Positions 1 through 12,970 of a stretch of 64,000 nt of DNA are shown one piece after another. The notes under the pieces were generated by a model. It had not been told where the DNA came from and did not search any database. It saw nothing but the letters and a program-made list of their open reading frames with translations. The translations under genes and the position numbers were made by a program. The stretch is taken from NCBI RefSeq assembly GCF_009834535.1, contig NC_045696.1, positions 26,848,001 to 26,912,000 on the forward strand. Direction: 5' to 3'. The stretch is from Camelus ferus. Its lineage: Eukaryota. Every line of letters begins with the position of its first letter. The first letter of the stretch is position 1.

Positions 1-141
1 TACCTGACTTTTGTTTGAGGAAGCCACTGAAAAGAAAAGGAAGAGACCCATTTTACTCCTTTCAGTCCTCCATATAGAAATGTATCATTCAAATAGCTTA
101 GGAAGCACCTACTGTCCTAAAACAAATAAAAAACTACAAAT

Positions 142-312
142 CAGTGTTTTTCAAAGGTTTATGAGGAAAAGAATCACTGCTTCTTAAAAACACAGGCTGC
201 CTTGCCCTATCCCCAAAGAATCTGCTTCAGTGGGTCTGTGAAAGACTCACTGGAATTTGCATTTTTAACAAGCACCCCATTGATTTTAATACAGTTCTTT
301 AAGAAAATGCTG
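142..312. mobile_element. MER5-type hAT-Charlie MITE relic (MER5A/B)
   Basis: CAGTG..TCAAA start and TTTAAGAAAATGCTG end. Internal 'gaatctgcttcagtgggtctg...gaatttgcatttttaacaagcacccc' matches the recalled MER5 consensus. Confidence 0.7.
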
Positions 313-1189
313 TAGATTCAGAAGTGATTCAGATTGAATGACTCATGTAAATGTAGAGCTGAGAGAAAATTCTTCATTATAGTTAACATGCTGAGTCAAA
401 GAAAATGGGTCTGTTCTGCATCTTTGGTGTACATTCTTCTCTGGAGAGAGGTGAAAGTAGAACAGCAATTTGGAAAACATACTACAAAGACTCGGCTTGT
501 ATTCATCCTCAGGGGATATGAAGATCTGGCCTTTAAAAATAAGATCTATGCCAAAGCTTTTATATAGAACAACTGTTGCTTTAAAATTTTTATTTCTAAG
601 CACTATGGAAAACTTCAACTTACTGGCAACAGAAAAGGTTTCTTGGTTCCTCGTGCCTATGAAGAGCTAATTCTAGTCAGATGTGCAGCATCCTATTCAT
701 AGAGAATAATTCTCTTATCTTGGATCAATAAAAACTGGGCTCATGACAATCTTCTTCATAATTGTGACACTCAGTTCTTCTCATTTCTGCCTGATGGTCT
801 ATGGACTTCTGCCTGTAGCAGTGATACTTTATTGGGTGCTTCATTCTTAATTATCTAACTCTAATAGATGGCATTGTAATAGATGTTGTCTCATCCATTC
901 AGAACTGTCCTCCAGCTTGAAAAGAAACAGTAAAGAAGAGATTTCTTAATTACATTCCACATTCTCACTCATTAATTGAACTTTCTTTCAAATAACCATA
1001 AATCAACTAATGTGGTATATATTGCAGATAAATTAACAAATGCCCATATAACAGAATGTGTCTATCAAGAGGAATTTACCCATTTGTGATCAGTTCTGTT
1101 TATCACCAGTATTTGAGGATTAGAGCCTATTAATATTAAAAAAGGAAAGCAGATTTATTATTTTCTTTTATTCTTTATAAATGTGTTAA

Positions 1190-4100
1190 CAATGTGTTAA
1201 GAAGCAAGAATCTACAGAAAAGAGAGAATCACAATTGGAAATGCAATAACTACAATGAATAGCAAAAGAACAAAGAAAAATGTAAAAGAGGACATCAAAA
1301 TCATAAAGTAAGGGAGAGGGGAGAAAGAAAATGTATTTTTTTTTCTGCTTGGAATGTGTCTGAGGTTATATGATTACCAGTCTAAAGAAGTAGATAAAGT
1401 AATGGTAGTAACATACTTGAGAAACAGGGTAACCACAAATCAAAAACATACAATAGAATCACAGAAACCTAAAAGAAAAGAAACTAAGCATAATACAAAA
1501 GAAAATCATCTAGCCAAAAAAGGAACAACAAGAAAAAAAAAAGGAACAAAGAAGAAACACAAAATTAACTGGAATACAGAGTTTAAAATGGCAATAAGCA
1601 CATACCTATCTACAATTACAGTAAATGTCACTGGACTAAATGTTCCAATCACAAGACACAGAGTAGCAGATTGGATAGTAAAATAAGAGCCTACAACATG
1701 CTGCCTACAAAAGACTAACTTTAGGGTGAAGGACACACATAGATTGAAAGTGAGAGAATAGAAAAAGATATTTCATGCATATGGAAATGACAAGAAAGTG
1801 GGGGTAGCAATACTCATATCAGACAAAATAGACTTTAAAACAAAGGCCATAAAGAAAGATAAAGAATGAGACTATAGAATGATAAAAAGGATATTATGCT
1901 TGTTAATATATATGCACCCAACATAGGAGCACCTAACTACATAAAAGAAATGCTAACAGACATGAAGGGAGATATTAATGGGACTACAATAATAGGAGAC
2001 TTTAACTTCCCACTAATATCATTGGACAGGTCTTTCAGACAGAAAATCAATAAGGCAATGGAGATACAAAATGACACAACAGAATGTTAGACTTAATTAA
2101 TATTTTCAGGAAATTACATCCAAAATAACCTCAGAATATACATTCTTTTCAAGAGCACATGGAACATTCTCTGGGATAGACCACAAAATTAGACACAATA
2201 CAAGCCTCAACAAATTTAAAAGGATAGAAATTATTTCAAGCATCTTTTTTAACTATAATGGCATGAAACGAGAAATCAACCACAGAAAGAGAAATCAGAA
2301 ACAAATTATTGCATGGAGACTAAACAACATGCAACTAAAAACCCAATGTGTCAATGATGAGACCAAAGAGGAAATTAAAAAATACCTTGAGACAAATGAC
2401 AATGAATACACAGCCACACAAAATCTATGGGATGCAGCAAAAGCAGTCCTAAGAGGGAAGTTCATAGCAAGACAGGCATTCCTCAAAAACCAAGAAAAAT
2501 AAACAACCTAACCTACTACTTAAAAGAATTAGAAGAAAAGGACAAACAATACCTCAAGTCAATGGAAGGAAAGAAATAATAAAGATCAGGGAGGAAATAA
2601 AATAGAGATTAAAAAATTATAGAAAATATCAATAAAACCAAGAGCTGGTTTTTTGAAAAAACAAACCAAATTGACAAACCTCTGGCCAGGCTCACCAAGA
2701 AGAAAAGAGACAGAACCTAAATAAACAAAAATAAGATATCAAAGAGGATAAATAACAACCAATACTGCAGAAATACAAAAGATCATAAGCTAAAAATACT
2801 GTGAACAGTTCATATATCATTAAACTGGAAAACCTAGAAGAAATGGACAGATTTCTAGAAACATACAGTCCACCAAATCTGAATGAAGAAGAAATAGATC
2901 ATTCGAACAGACCAATCATTAGAAGTAAACTAGAATCAGTAATAATAAAAAAAAAGAAAACAAAACAAAACAAGCAAACAAACAAAAAAGCCTCTCTGAA
3001 AACAAAAGTCTGGAACCAGATGGATTCACTGGGGAATTCTACCAAATATACAAAGAAGAACTTACACCAATCCTTCTCAAACTCTTCCAAAAGATTGCAA
3101 ATGAGGGAACACTTCCATACTTATTCTATGAAGCCACCATTACCCTGATACTAAAACCAGATAAAGACATTACAAAAAAGGAAACTTACAGGCCAATATC
3201 TCTGATGAATATAGATGCAGAATTTCTCAAGAAAATATCAGCAAACAGAATTCAACAACACATAAAAAAGATTATACACTATGATCAAATTGGATTTATC
3301 CCAGGTACACAACATATAGCAAATCAATCAACATGATATACCATATCAACAAAAGAAAGGACGAAAATCACATGATCATCTCAATAGATTCAAAAAAGCA
3401 TTTGATAAAATTCAACATCCATTCATGATAAAAACTCTTACCAAAATAGGGGACATATCTCAACATAACCAAAGCTATTTATGACAAACCCAAAGCCAAC
3501 GTAACAGTCCACAATGAAAAGTTGAAATCCTTCCCACTAAAATATGGAACAAGACAAAGATGCCCACTCTCACCACTTCCATTCAATATAGTATTGGAAG
3601 TCCTAGTCATAGCAATCAGGCACAAAAAAGAAATAAAAAGGATACAAATTGGAAGAGAAGAGGTAAAATTATCACTATATACAGATGACATGGTATTATA
3701 AATAGAAAATCTAACGGCTCCACAGAAAAACTACTAGAGCTTACAAATGAACTGAGCAAGGTAGCAGAATACAAGAGTAACATACAGTAATCAAGTTGCA
3801 TTTCTTTACACTAACAATGGCATATCAGAAAAGGAAAGTAAAGAAACAATCTCTTTTAAAATTGTATCAAAAAAATAAAATACTTAGGAATTAACCTGAC
3901 CAAGGAGGTGAAAGACTTATAAGCAGAGAACTATAAAACACTGATTAAGGAAATTAAAGATAATTTAAAGAAATAAAAAGATATCCCATGTTCCTGGATT
4001 GGAAGAATTAATATTATTAAAATGGCCATATTACCCAATGCAATCTATAGATTTAATGCGATTCCTACCAAAGTACCCAGGATATTTTTCACAGAACTAG

Positions 4101-5738
4101 AACAAATAATCCTAAAATTTATATGGAATCACACACACACACAAAACAAAAAACAAAAAAACCCAGAATTGCCAAAGCAATATTGAAGAAAAAGAACGAA
4201 GCTGGAATCATAACCCTCACAGATTTCAGACAGTACTACACAGCTACATTAATCAAAACACCATGGTATTGGCACAAAAACAGACATATGAATCAATGGA
4301 ACAGAATAGAAAGCCCAGAAATAAACCCACACACCTACAGTCAATTAATCTTTGACAAAGGAGGCAAGAATATACAATGGAGAAGAGACAGTCTCTTCAG
4401 CAAGTGGTTTTGGGAAAGCTCAACAGTCACATGTAAATCAATGTAGTTAGCACACTCCCTCACACCATACACAAAAATAAACTCAAAATGGTTTAAAGAC
4501 TTAAACATAAGACAGGTAACAGTAAACCTCCTAAAAGAGAACCTAGGAAAACATTCTCTGACATACATTGCAGCAATATTCTCCTAGGGCAGTCTGCCAA
4601 GGCAACAGAAATACAAGCAAAAATAAGCAAATGGAACCTAATTAAACTTACAAGCTTTTGCACAGCAAAGAAAACTATAAACAAAACAAAAAGACAACTT
4701 ACAAAATGGGAGAAAATATTTGCAAATGATGTGACTGGCAAGGGCTTAATTTCCAGAATAGCTCACACAACTCAGAAACAGAAAAATTAACAATCCAATC
4801 CAAAAATGGGCAAAAGACCTAAAAAACAATTCTCCAATGAAGACATACAGATGGCCAAATGGCACCTGAAAAAATGCTCAATATTACTAATTATCAGAGA
4901 AATGCAAATCAAAACTTCAGTGAGATATCACCTCATACCAATCAGAATGGTCATCATTCAAAAATCCACAAAAGATAAATACTGGAGAAGATGTGGAGAA
5001 AAGGGAACACTCCTACACTGCTGGTGGGAATGTAGTTTGATGCAGCCACTGTGGAAAACAGTATGGAGATTCCTTAAAAAAGTAAAAATAGAGTTATCAT
5101 ATGATCCAGCAATCCCACTCCAGGACATATATCTGGAGGGAACTCTAATTCAAAAGGATACATGTACCCCAATATTCATAGCAGCACTATTTACAATAGT
5201 CAAGACATGGAAGCAACCTAAATGTCCATTAACAGATGGCTGGATAAAGAAGCTGTGGTGAATATATACAATGACATATTACTCAGCCATGAAGAAGAAT
5301 GAAATAATGCCATTTGCAGCAACATGAATATACCTAGAGATGATCATACTAAATGAAGTAAGCCAGAAAGAGGAAGAAAAATACCATATGATATCACTTA
5401 TATGTGAAATCTTAAAAAAATGAACTTATTTACAAGTCAGAAACATACTCACAGACATAGAAAACAAATTTATGATTACCAGAGGGGAAAGGGGTAGGGA
5501 GAGATAAATTGGGAGTTTGGGATTTGCCAATACTAACTACTGTATATAAAATAGATAAACAACAAGGTCCTACTGTTTAGCACAGGGAACTATATTCAGT
5601 ATCTTATAATAACCTATAATGAAAAAGAATATGAATAGAAATGCACACATATGTATAACTTAATCACTATATTATACACCAGAAAGTAACACAACATTGT
5701 AAATTGATCATATTACAATCAAACATTTTTAAAAAGAA
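1190..5738 (+). mobile_element. 5'-truncated LINE-1: inter-ORF region, complete but disrupted ORF2 (ATG at 1588, end ~5415) and 3' UTR
   Basis: ORF2 start MAISTYLSTITVNVTGLN (EN domain), then NIYAPN, GDFN, WDAAKAVLRGKFIA, WYWHKNR and C-terminal [14 protein letters not shown]. Many stops and frameshifts. 3' UTR ends 'aacacaacattgtaaattgatcatattacaat'. Confidence 0.95.
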
Positions 5739-6149
5739 ACTTAAGCTTGTTTAATATTTACCTTTTATTTCAAGAGTAACTTTTGGAACTCAATATAAAG
5801 GGAATCTGTTTTGAGACTAAGAACATTTTGGGGCACCAGCGTCTACTGATCAAGATTTAAAGTTGTAGACTATTAGCTGGCAAAACAATTGGTTTTATAA
5901 AAAACAATTTTCCTTTCTCTCAGACTTAATAAAACTCCCATAGGTTAGCACTAGGCAGGATAAAGTCAGTGGGCGGAATAAACTTGATACCAATCATGTT
6001 CTCCATGCAGGTGTGGATGCCCTATTTTTCCCGGACTAGCCCAGGAGAGAGGGGAGGGCTGGAGGTAGAGAGGTCAGTGAACTATCTCCTGCTGCCTTGG
6101 GGAGACAGAAAAACCAGCAGAGACGCACCTCATTTGAACAAATCAACAA

Positions 6150-6435
6150 GTAGGGATAATTTTTGTGACTATTACAGAAATTTGGTTATAAAGAGTTAAT
6201 ATTGTCATCATATAAGAAATATCCTTATGTTTTTAGACAAACATACTGAAATATTTGGTGATGAAAATAGCATGTTAGTGATGGTTTTAAACATTTTAGC
6301 TAGAAAGTATTAGAACAGAAAGTGATAAAATGTGAATCATTGTTAATCTAGTTGTAAGGAGGGTCATTATTCTCTATTATCTCCCTTTACTTAGAAAATC
6401 ACATTAAATGCATGAAAAACAAAACAAACAAAAAA
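6150..6435 (+). mobile_element. Old L1M (L1ME-like) 3' UTR relic
   Basis: 'gaaatatccttatgtttttagacaaacatactgaaatatttggtgatgaaa...tgttaatctagttg...cattattctctatt' resembles ancient L1 3' ends. Confidence 0.5.
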
Positions 6436-9329
6436 TAAGCATTCAATATTTAAATCACAGTCATTCCTTCTGTATAAAATATTTTATTCCATATAAACAT
6501 TCCCATATGTACTTTGTCACTATTTTGCTTTAAGTAAAATGGTTTGGTGCCCTGATAAATTTCTATAGTGAGATTTTATGTTTCCAGGAAATGCTACTTT
6601 TGTTTACCCCTTAATCCTTAGTCATATTAAGTTTTCATTTTCTGTAGAGTATTAGAAGATGAAATTTTACCCCAAAGCCCCAAATATTACTCCCTAATTC
6701 TTCACACATTTTTATTTTCTTCCATCTCAAGCTCACTGAATAAATATCTAGTCCATTTAACTAATGTATCTAATCTCCTAACTCTAATATCAATGAACAC
6801 AAGAAAATATATCAATTTTATTTAAAATATGCAACTTATTTATATAGAAGTCAATATGAAACAAATAGTCCTATATTTGTGATAAAAATATACTTGCTAG
6901 AATAGAAATTGTATAGGCTGTTGAATTAAAAAGAAAGCTATTTATACAGTGATACATTTTTTAGAGCCAACATTCATATTCAAATTCCTAACTACATAGC
7001 ATTGTATAGTACGAATTCCAGACATTAAAAAATTGTGATTGTTTTCGAAAGTTGAAAAGTTCAAATTAAAAAATGACTATGTGAAGTTAATTACAAAAAC
7101 ACCTGCATATACGTGCACAAGTTTACATTAATAATGTAATTACTGACCATGAGCATTAAACAAAAATAGTAGACATTACCTTCTCAATATAATTTAAAGT
7201 AAAAGCCATATTTTCTTCCCTCATCCAGACCTCACTCCATCATATATACTTCTGGTGAGAGAATACCAGAAACTCATTAGAGTTAAAGAGCTCCAGAATA
7301 ACTCAGAGTTGCATTCATCAGATGTTTCTAGATTGGAGATATCTTCCAAGATTCAAAGAGTAAGACGAGCTGATCAGCAGGGCATACTGTTTATACTTGG
7401 GTCAGGACCAATGATAGTATGTTAGGCTGAGGATGAGCAAACTGTAAAGTCTCATTAATATCCCTTGAAGAAGGGATAAACTTGCTTGTAATCCATTGAT
7501 CATTTAAATATTTTATGGTTCAATCCAAAGAACAACTTAAAAAAGTCAATTTAACAAAATACCCTAGAGTTTCAAAGGTTTTTATTTTTCATAATCTTTC
7601 CCAAAAATATACTAAAAAAAATTGTGAAACTATTATTTTCTTCAGAGAGAACAAAAACACCTGTCACTATGGATAGAATAGTTTCTAATTCTCTGCTTCT
7701 CTTAAAAATTTTCTGAAACATAAGTCAATTATATCACACATTTTCAATGGGAAAATAAGTCTCCCTGAAGCAAAGTCAGCAAGTGTTTTTTAAAAAAATG
7801 TTGTTTATGCTAATTCTAATGCATGCTTTGAAATTATTATCATCAATGATTTTAAAAGCAAATAGACTGAAATTTTCCACTCACCCATTTGTAACCATGC
7901 AAATACATTCTACTGAAACGCTCTTATAGTTTTATCCATCTATTCTTTATATCCCTGTAAATAATTAAGGCTGCTATTGGGAGATGAAATGAAATGAGCA
8001 AATCTTTATTCCAAATGCAGGTTACCGAACAGTTCTATGTGTTAGGTCCATCGCATGTTGCTATAATTGATTATATAATGGTACTGCTCACAGCTAACAC
8101 TCTGCCACCACCTCCATGCTTCAAGAGGTTTATACCTCAGTTACAAACATTTGCTCTGTATTGAACTACATGTTGAAGATGTCAGCCTTTGAGAAACTGC
8201 TTTTATGAAATTGAAAAAAGAACAATCACACTGCAGTATATTCTGACAACATTGCATCTTCCCTAAATAACCAATATATTTGAATAAAACATTTTTTTAA
8301 ATGGGAATTTAAAAAAAAATTTAAAGCAGGATTTGGTAATGGCAGTACTGCATCAGAAAAAAAAATCTAAACACAGAAATTACTTTTTTTAATGTTCTCA
8401 GGATTTAGTTCTTTATATCATTGTGGTATAGAATATAAGAGTAAAGCCACAGTATGCCTGAAGCCACTTGGGCATTTCAGATACCTCGTATCTAATTTGC
8501 TAGAAGAGCTTTTCTTACTAATTGCATATTAGCTCTCAATGTGTACAAATATTCATTCAATAAACATTAAAGGTGTAGTATATCTTAGACATTGGTAATA
8601 AAAATTGAGTAAAAGACAATTCTTACTCATGGAGGAGATGGATAAGTGAACTAATATTTATAAGATAAACCTGAGTATCTGGTACATATAAGTGCCTCAG
8701 TAAGAGCTAGTTAAACACATACACACATGTGTACACACATATATTCCCAAGGGAATAGTTGTTAAAGTCTGATTCAAATATCTAAACATTGAGTAATTTT
8801 AAAGTTCTGTAAATTTTTTTAAAGTTAGATATTTCAAAATTATCTATATTTATAGGCAATTAGTCTCAGTAGTTTTATATACAGTTTCTTAAGTTAATCC
8901 ATAAATCAGAGGTGTCCAGAGGAACTATGTAGATAACAGAAATATGTGATCCAAGGCAATACAAAGTCTGGGGCTGAGGCTGAGCTTGGGAGGTTCTGGT
9001 GGAGAGTCTTCTGAGTAAAACTGGAAATTACCTGTCCCACTCAAAGACATTTTTAATCTGAAAAATTTTAAAACACTATACCTGTCCACATGGTAGATTT
9101 GGCACAGCTGCCCACACAAAGGTCTAAATATTTATCAGACACTGTCCAGTATGTTTTTAGATGTTTTACATCAAATATACTACCCTAAATTTTAGTTTGC
9201 ATCCTTGTTTTTTTTGTCACTAGTTGCTATCTGCAATTTATTTATTGGGAAATATGTTCATTTTCAAGTCTAAGCCCAAAATTAATTTTTAATGTAAGTA
9301 ATTGCTGAGAGAGTTAAAAAGTGAGAGGT

Positions 9330-10485
9330 TTTACAACAAAGAAGCCAAGAATATACAATAGGGAAAAAAAAGTATCATCAATAAATGTTGGAAAAACTGG
9401 AGAGCCACATGCAAAAGAATGAAACTAGACCACTATCTTAACACTATACATAAAAATTAACTCAAAGTGGATTAAAGCTTTTAAAGTAAGACCTGAAACC
9501 ATAAACTAGAAGAAAACATATGTGGTAAGCTCTTGCCATCAGTCTTGACAATAATTTTTTGGATTTGACAACAAAAGCAAAGATAAACAAGTGAAAACTA
9601 CATCAACATACAAAGCTTCTACACAGCAAAGGAAACCATGTAAAAAGTGAAAAGGCGACTTACTAAATGGGAGAAAATATTTGCAAATCATATGTCTGAT
9701 AAAAGGTTAATATCCAAAATATATAAATACAACATACAACTTAATTGCAAAAAAACAAACAATCTGATTTTAAAATGGAAGAAGTGTTTGAATAGATATT
9801 TTTCCAAAGAGGACATACATACAGATGGCCAATAGGCACATTAGAAGTTGCTCAACATCACTAATCATCAGGAAAATGCATATCAAAATCACAGTGCTGT
9901 ATCACCTCACACCTGTTGGAATGGCTATGATCAAAAAGACAAACTATAAGTGTTGGCAAAGATGTGGAGAAAAGGGAACCCTCATGCACTATTGGGAACG
10001 TGTGGTGCAGCCACTATGGAAAACATTGTGGAGATTCCTCAAAAAATTAAAAATAGAACTACCATATAATCTAGAAATCCCACTTTTGGATTTTGGGTAT
10101 TTATCCAAATAAAATGAAAACACAAACTCAAAAAGATACATGTGCCCCCATGATCACTGCAGCATTATTTACAATAGCTAAGATAGGGAAACAACCTAAG
10201 TGTCCATCATGGAATGAATGGATAAAAAAGATGTGATATTTAGAGACACATACATATATAATTCAACCATAAAAAAGTATGAAATCTTGCCATTTACAAC
10301 AATACAGGTGGACTTGAAGGGCATTGTGCTAAATGAAATAATCAGATAGAGAAAGACAAATACCATATAATCTCACTTGTATGTGAAATCCAGAAAAAAA
10401 AAAAACCCCTGAATTTATAGATAAGGAGAACAGATGGGTGGTTTCCAGAGGATAGGGGTAGTCAGAGGGTGAAATGGGTAAATGG
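9330..10485 (+). mobile_element. LINE-1 fragment: 3' part of ORF2 and start of the 3' UTR, 3' end missing
   Basis: KWEKIFAN and [15 protein letters not shown] motifs in ORFs 9647-9835 and 9825-10112. The 3' UTR breaks off at ~10485. Confidence 0.9.
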
Positions 10486-10648
10486 ATCTCCTATGAAGGG
10501 GAAATTTACATTTATAAAGGAAATTTCCATTTGTAAAAATCTCCATTTTTAGCCCTCTTGAGTACCAAGAAGAGAGAGACGACTAAATCATAAGAAACTC
10601 TGAAAAGAGAAGGCACAGACTTAAATCTGCATAACAAACCTTATTCTT

Positions 10649-11551
10649 TTTCTTTTCTAACAGATTTTTTTAAATTTTTTTTTATTGAGTTATAGTCATT
10701 TTACAATGTTGTGTCAAATTCCAGTGTAGAGCACGATTTTTCAGTTATACATGAACATACATACATTCATTGTCACATTCTCTTTCGCAGTGAGCCACCA
10801 CAAGATCTTGTATATACTTCCCTGTGCTACACAGTACAATGTTGTTTATTCTACATTTTGAAATCCCAGTCCCTTCCCACCCTCCATTCCCCTGGCAACC
10901 ACAAGTTTGTAGTTTATGTCTAAGAGTCTGTTTCTTTTTTTTATTTATGGTTTTTGTTGTTGTTGTTGTTGTTGTTTTTAGATTCTGCACATGAGTGATC
11001 TCATATGGTATTTTTCTTTCTCTCTCTGGCTTACTTCACTTAGAATGACACTCTCCAGGAACATCCATACTGCTGCAAATGGTGTTATGTTGTTGGTTTT
11101 TATGGCTGAATAGTATTTCATTGTATAAATACACCACATCTTCTTTATCCAGTCATCTGTTGACAGACATCTAGGCCACTTCCATGTCTTGGCTACCGTA
11201 AATACTGCTGCCATGAACACTGGGGTGCAGATATCATTTTGAAGTAGTGTTCCCTCCAGATATATGCCCAGGAGCAGGATCCCTGGGTCATATGATAAGT
11301 CTATTCCTAGTCTCCTGAGGAATCTCCATGCTGTTCTCCACATTGGCTGCACCAAACTGCATTCCCACCAGCAGTGTAGGAGGGCTCCCGCATCTCCACA
11401 GCCCCTCCAGCATCTGTCATCCATGGACCTTTGAATGATGGCCATCTGACTTGTGTGAGGTGATACTCCACCGTACCCCTGACCTGCATTTCTCTGACAA
11501 CTACTGATATTGAGCATTTTCTCACGTGCCCATTGATCACCTGTATTTCTT
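10649..11551 (-). mobile_element. Young L1 insertion, 3' arm (ORF2 C-terminus, 3' UTR, T-rich tail); A>G hypermutated at ~11165-11545
   Basis: ORF 10978-11517 ([18 protein letters not shown]) and T-tract at 10645-10683. Left TSD aacaaaccttattctt at 10633-10648. Confidence 0.95.
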
Positions 11552-12549
11552 TAAACTAACGATGAATCAACAGAAAAAGAAAGTAAAGAAACAATCCCCT
11601 TTAAAATAGCACCCAAAGTAATAAAATACCTAGGAATAAATCTAACCAAGGAGGTGAAAGAATTATACACAGAAAACTATAAACCATTGATGAAGGAAAT
11701 TAAAGAAGACTTTAAAAAATGGAAAGATATCCCATGCTCTTGGATTGGAAGAATGAATATTGTTAAAATGGTCACACTGCCCATGGCAATCTACAGATGT
11801 AATGCAATCCCTATCAAATTACCCAGGACATATTTCACAGAACTAGAACAAGTGGAACCACAAAAGACCTAGAATTGACAAAGCATTACTGAAGAAAAAG
11901 AAAGAGGCTGGAGGAATAACTCTCCCAGACTTCAGATGATACTACAGAGCTACAGTCATCAAGACAGCATGGTATTGGTACAAAAACAGACATATGGATC
12001 AATGGAACAGAACAGAGAGCCCAGAAATGAACCCACAAACTTTTGGTCAACTAATCTTCGACAAAGGAGCCAAGAATATACAATGGAATAAAGACAGTCT
12101 CTTCAGCGAATGGTGTTGGAAGAGCTGGAGAGCAGCATGTGGGTGAGTGAGGCTGGAACACTCCTGTACATCATGCACAGAAATAAACTCAAAATAGGTC
12201 AAAGACTTAGGCACAGGACAGGATACAGTAAACCTCCGAGAGGAGGATATGGGCAAAACATTATCTGACATACATCTCAAAAATGCTCTCCTGGGGCAGT
12301 CTACTCAGGCAATGGAAATAAGGGCAAGAATTAACAGATGGGACCTGGTTGAACTTATGGGCTTCTGCACAGCAAAGGAAACCATGGATAGAGCAAAATG
12401 ACAGGCCTACAGAATGGGAGAAAATTTTTGCAAATGAAACTGACAAAGGCTTGATCTCCAAAATATTTAAGCAGCTCATACGACTTAATAAGAAAAAAAC
12501 AGGCAGCCCGGTCCGGGAATGGGCAGGGGACCTGGACAGGCAATTCTCC
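11552..12549 (+). mobile_element. Same L1 insertion, inverted 5' arm (twin priming); A>G hypermutated at ~12108-12540
   Basis: ORF2 [12 protein letters not shown] motif. The arm ends '...caattctcc', essentially where the minus arm begins in L1 coordinates. Right TSD aacaaaccttactctt at 12550-12565. Confidence 0.95.
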
Positions 12550-12802
12550 AACAAACCTTACTCTTGTTTATCATACTTTTGTTGGTCACCTCCCTATAAC
12601 TGGCCTCCCCTGTACCCTTTTCTCTTTTGTCTTTAGGTGAAGATGGTATTTATGCTGAATACCCCTTAGTATCTCTCTTATTTAAATGAGATATACATGT
12701 TAATTAACTTCCATTTGTTTTTCTCTTATTAATGTGCTTAAGCTAAGGGGTTGCAGCTGAGAATGTAGAAGTATAGATGAAAAAGATATTTTTCCTCTAC
12801 AA

Positions 12803-12970
12803 CTCTATAAACATGGATGTACAAATATGTCTTTGAGATCCTGCTTTTATTTCTCTGGGGTAGATACCCAGAAAAGGAATCGCTGAATGATATAATAATC
12901 CAATTTTGAACTTTTTGAGGGACAACCATACTGTTTTCCATAGCAACTGCATCATTTTACATTCCCATTC
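12803..12970 (-). mobile_element. Old L1 ORF2 3' fragment
   Basis: 'ctataaacatggatgtacaaatatgtctttgagatcctgct...catactgttttccatagcaactgcatcattttacattccca' is antisense L1. Confidence 0.8.

Larger units (their letters stand above)
10486..12801 (+). mobile_element. ERV1-class (MER34/MER39-like) solo LTR, 5' part missing, split by an L1 insertion (LTR pieces ~10486-10648 and 12550-12801)
   Basis: The joined halves align with the in-window LTR at 63005-63378 (agaaggca..gacttaaat.tgcat, gtctttag.tga.gatggt.ttta, atacatgtta). Ends 'tttcctctaca'. Confidence 0.75.

Noticed and set aside
334..670. Three overlapping short ORFs
   Set aside because: No recognisable protein similarity or domain; consistent with chance ORFs.
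1180..1200. aatgtgttaa repeated at the L1 5' edge as a TSD
   Set aside because: Both copies are on the same side, and there is no matching copy after the 3' end at ~5738.
1354..5261. Series of long ORFs as a protein-coding gene
   Set aside because: They are fragments of a disrupted L1 ORF2 or their antisense shadows.
10978..11517. Longest ORF (179 aa, minus strand) as a CDS
   Set aside because: It is the L1 ORF2 C-terminus in a truncated, inverted copy, with a frameshifted N-terminal part.
11165..12545. APOBEC3 editing or host transcription-coupled asymmetry as the cause of the hypermutation
   Set aside because: APOBEC3 gives G>A on the element sense strand, not A>G. Host transcription bias would keep one chromosomal strand direction, but here the direction flips with the inversion.
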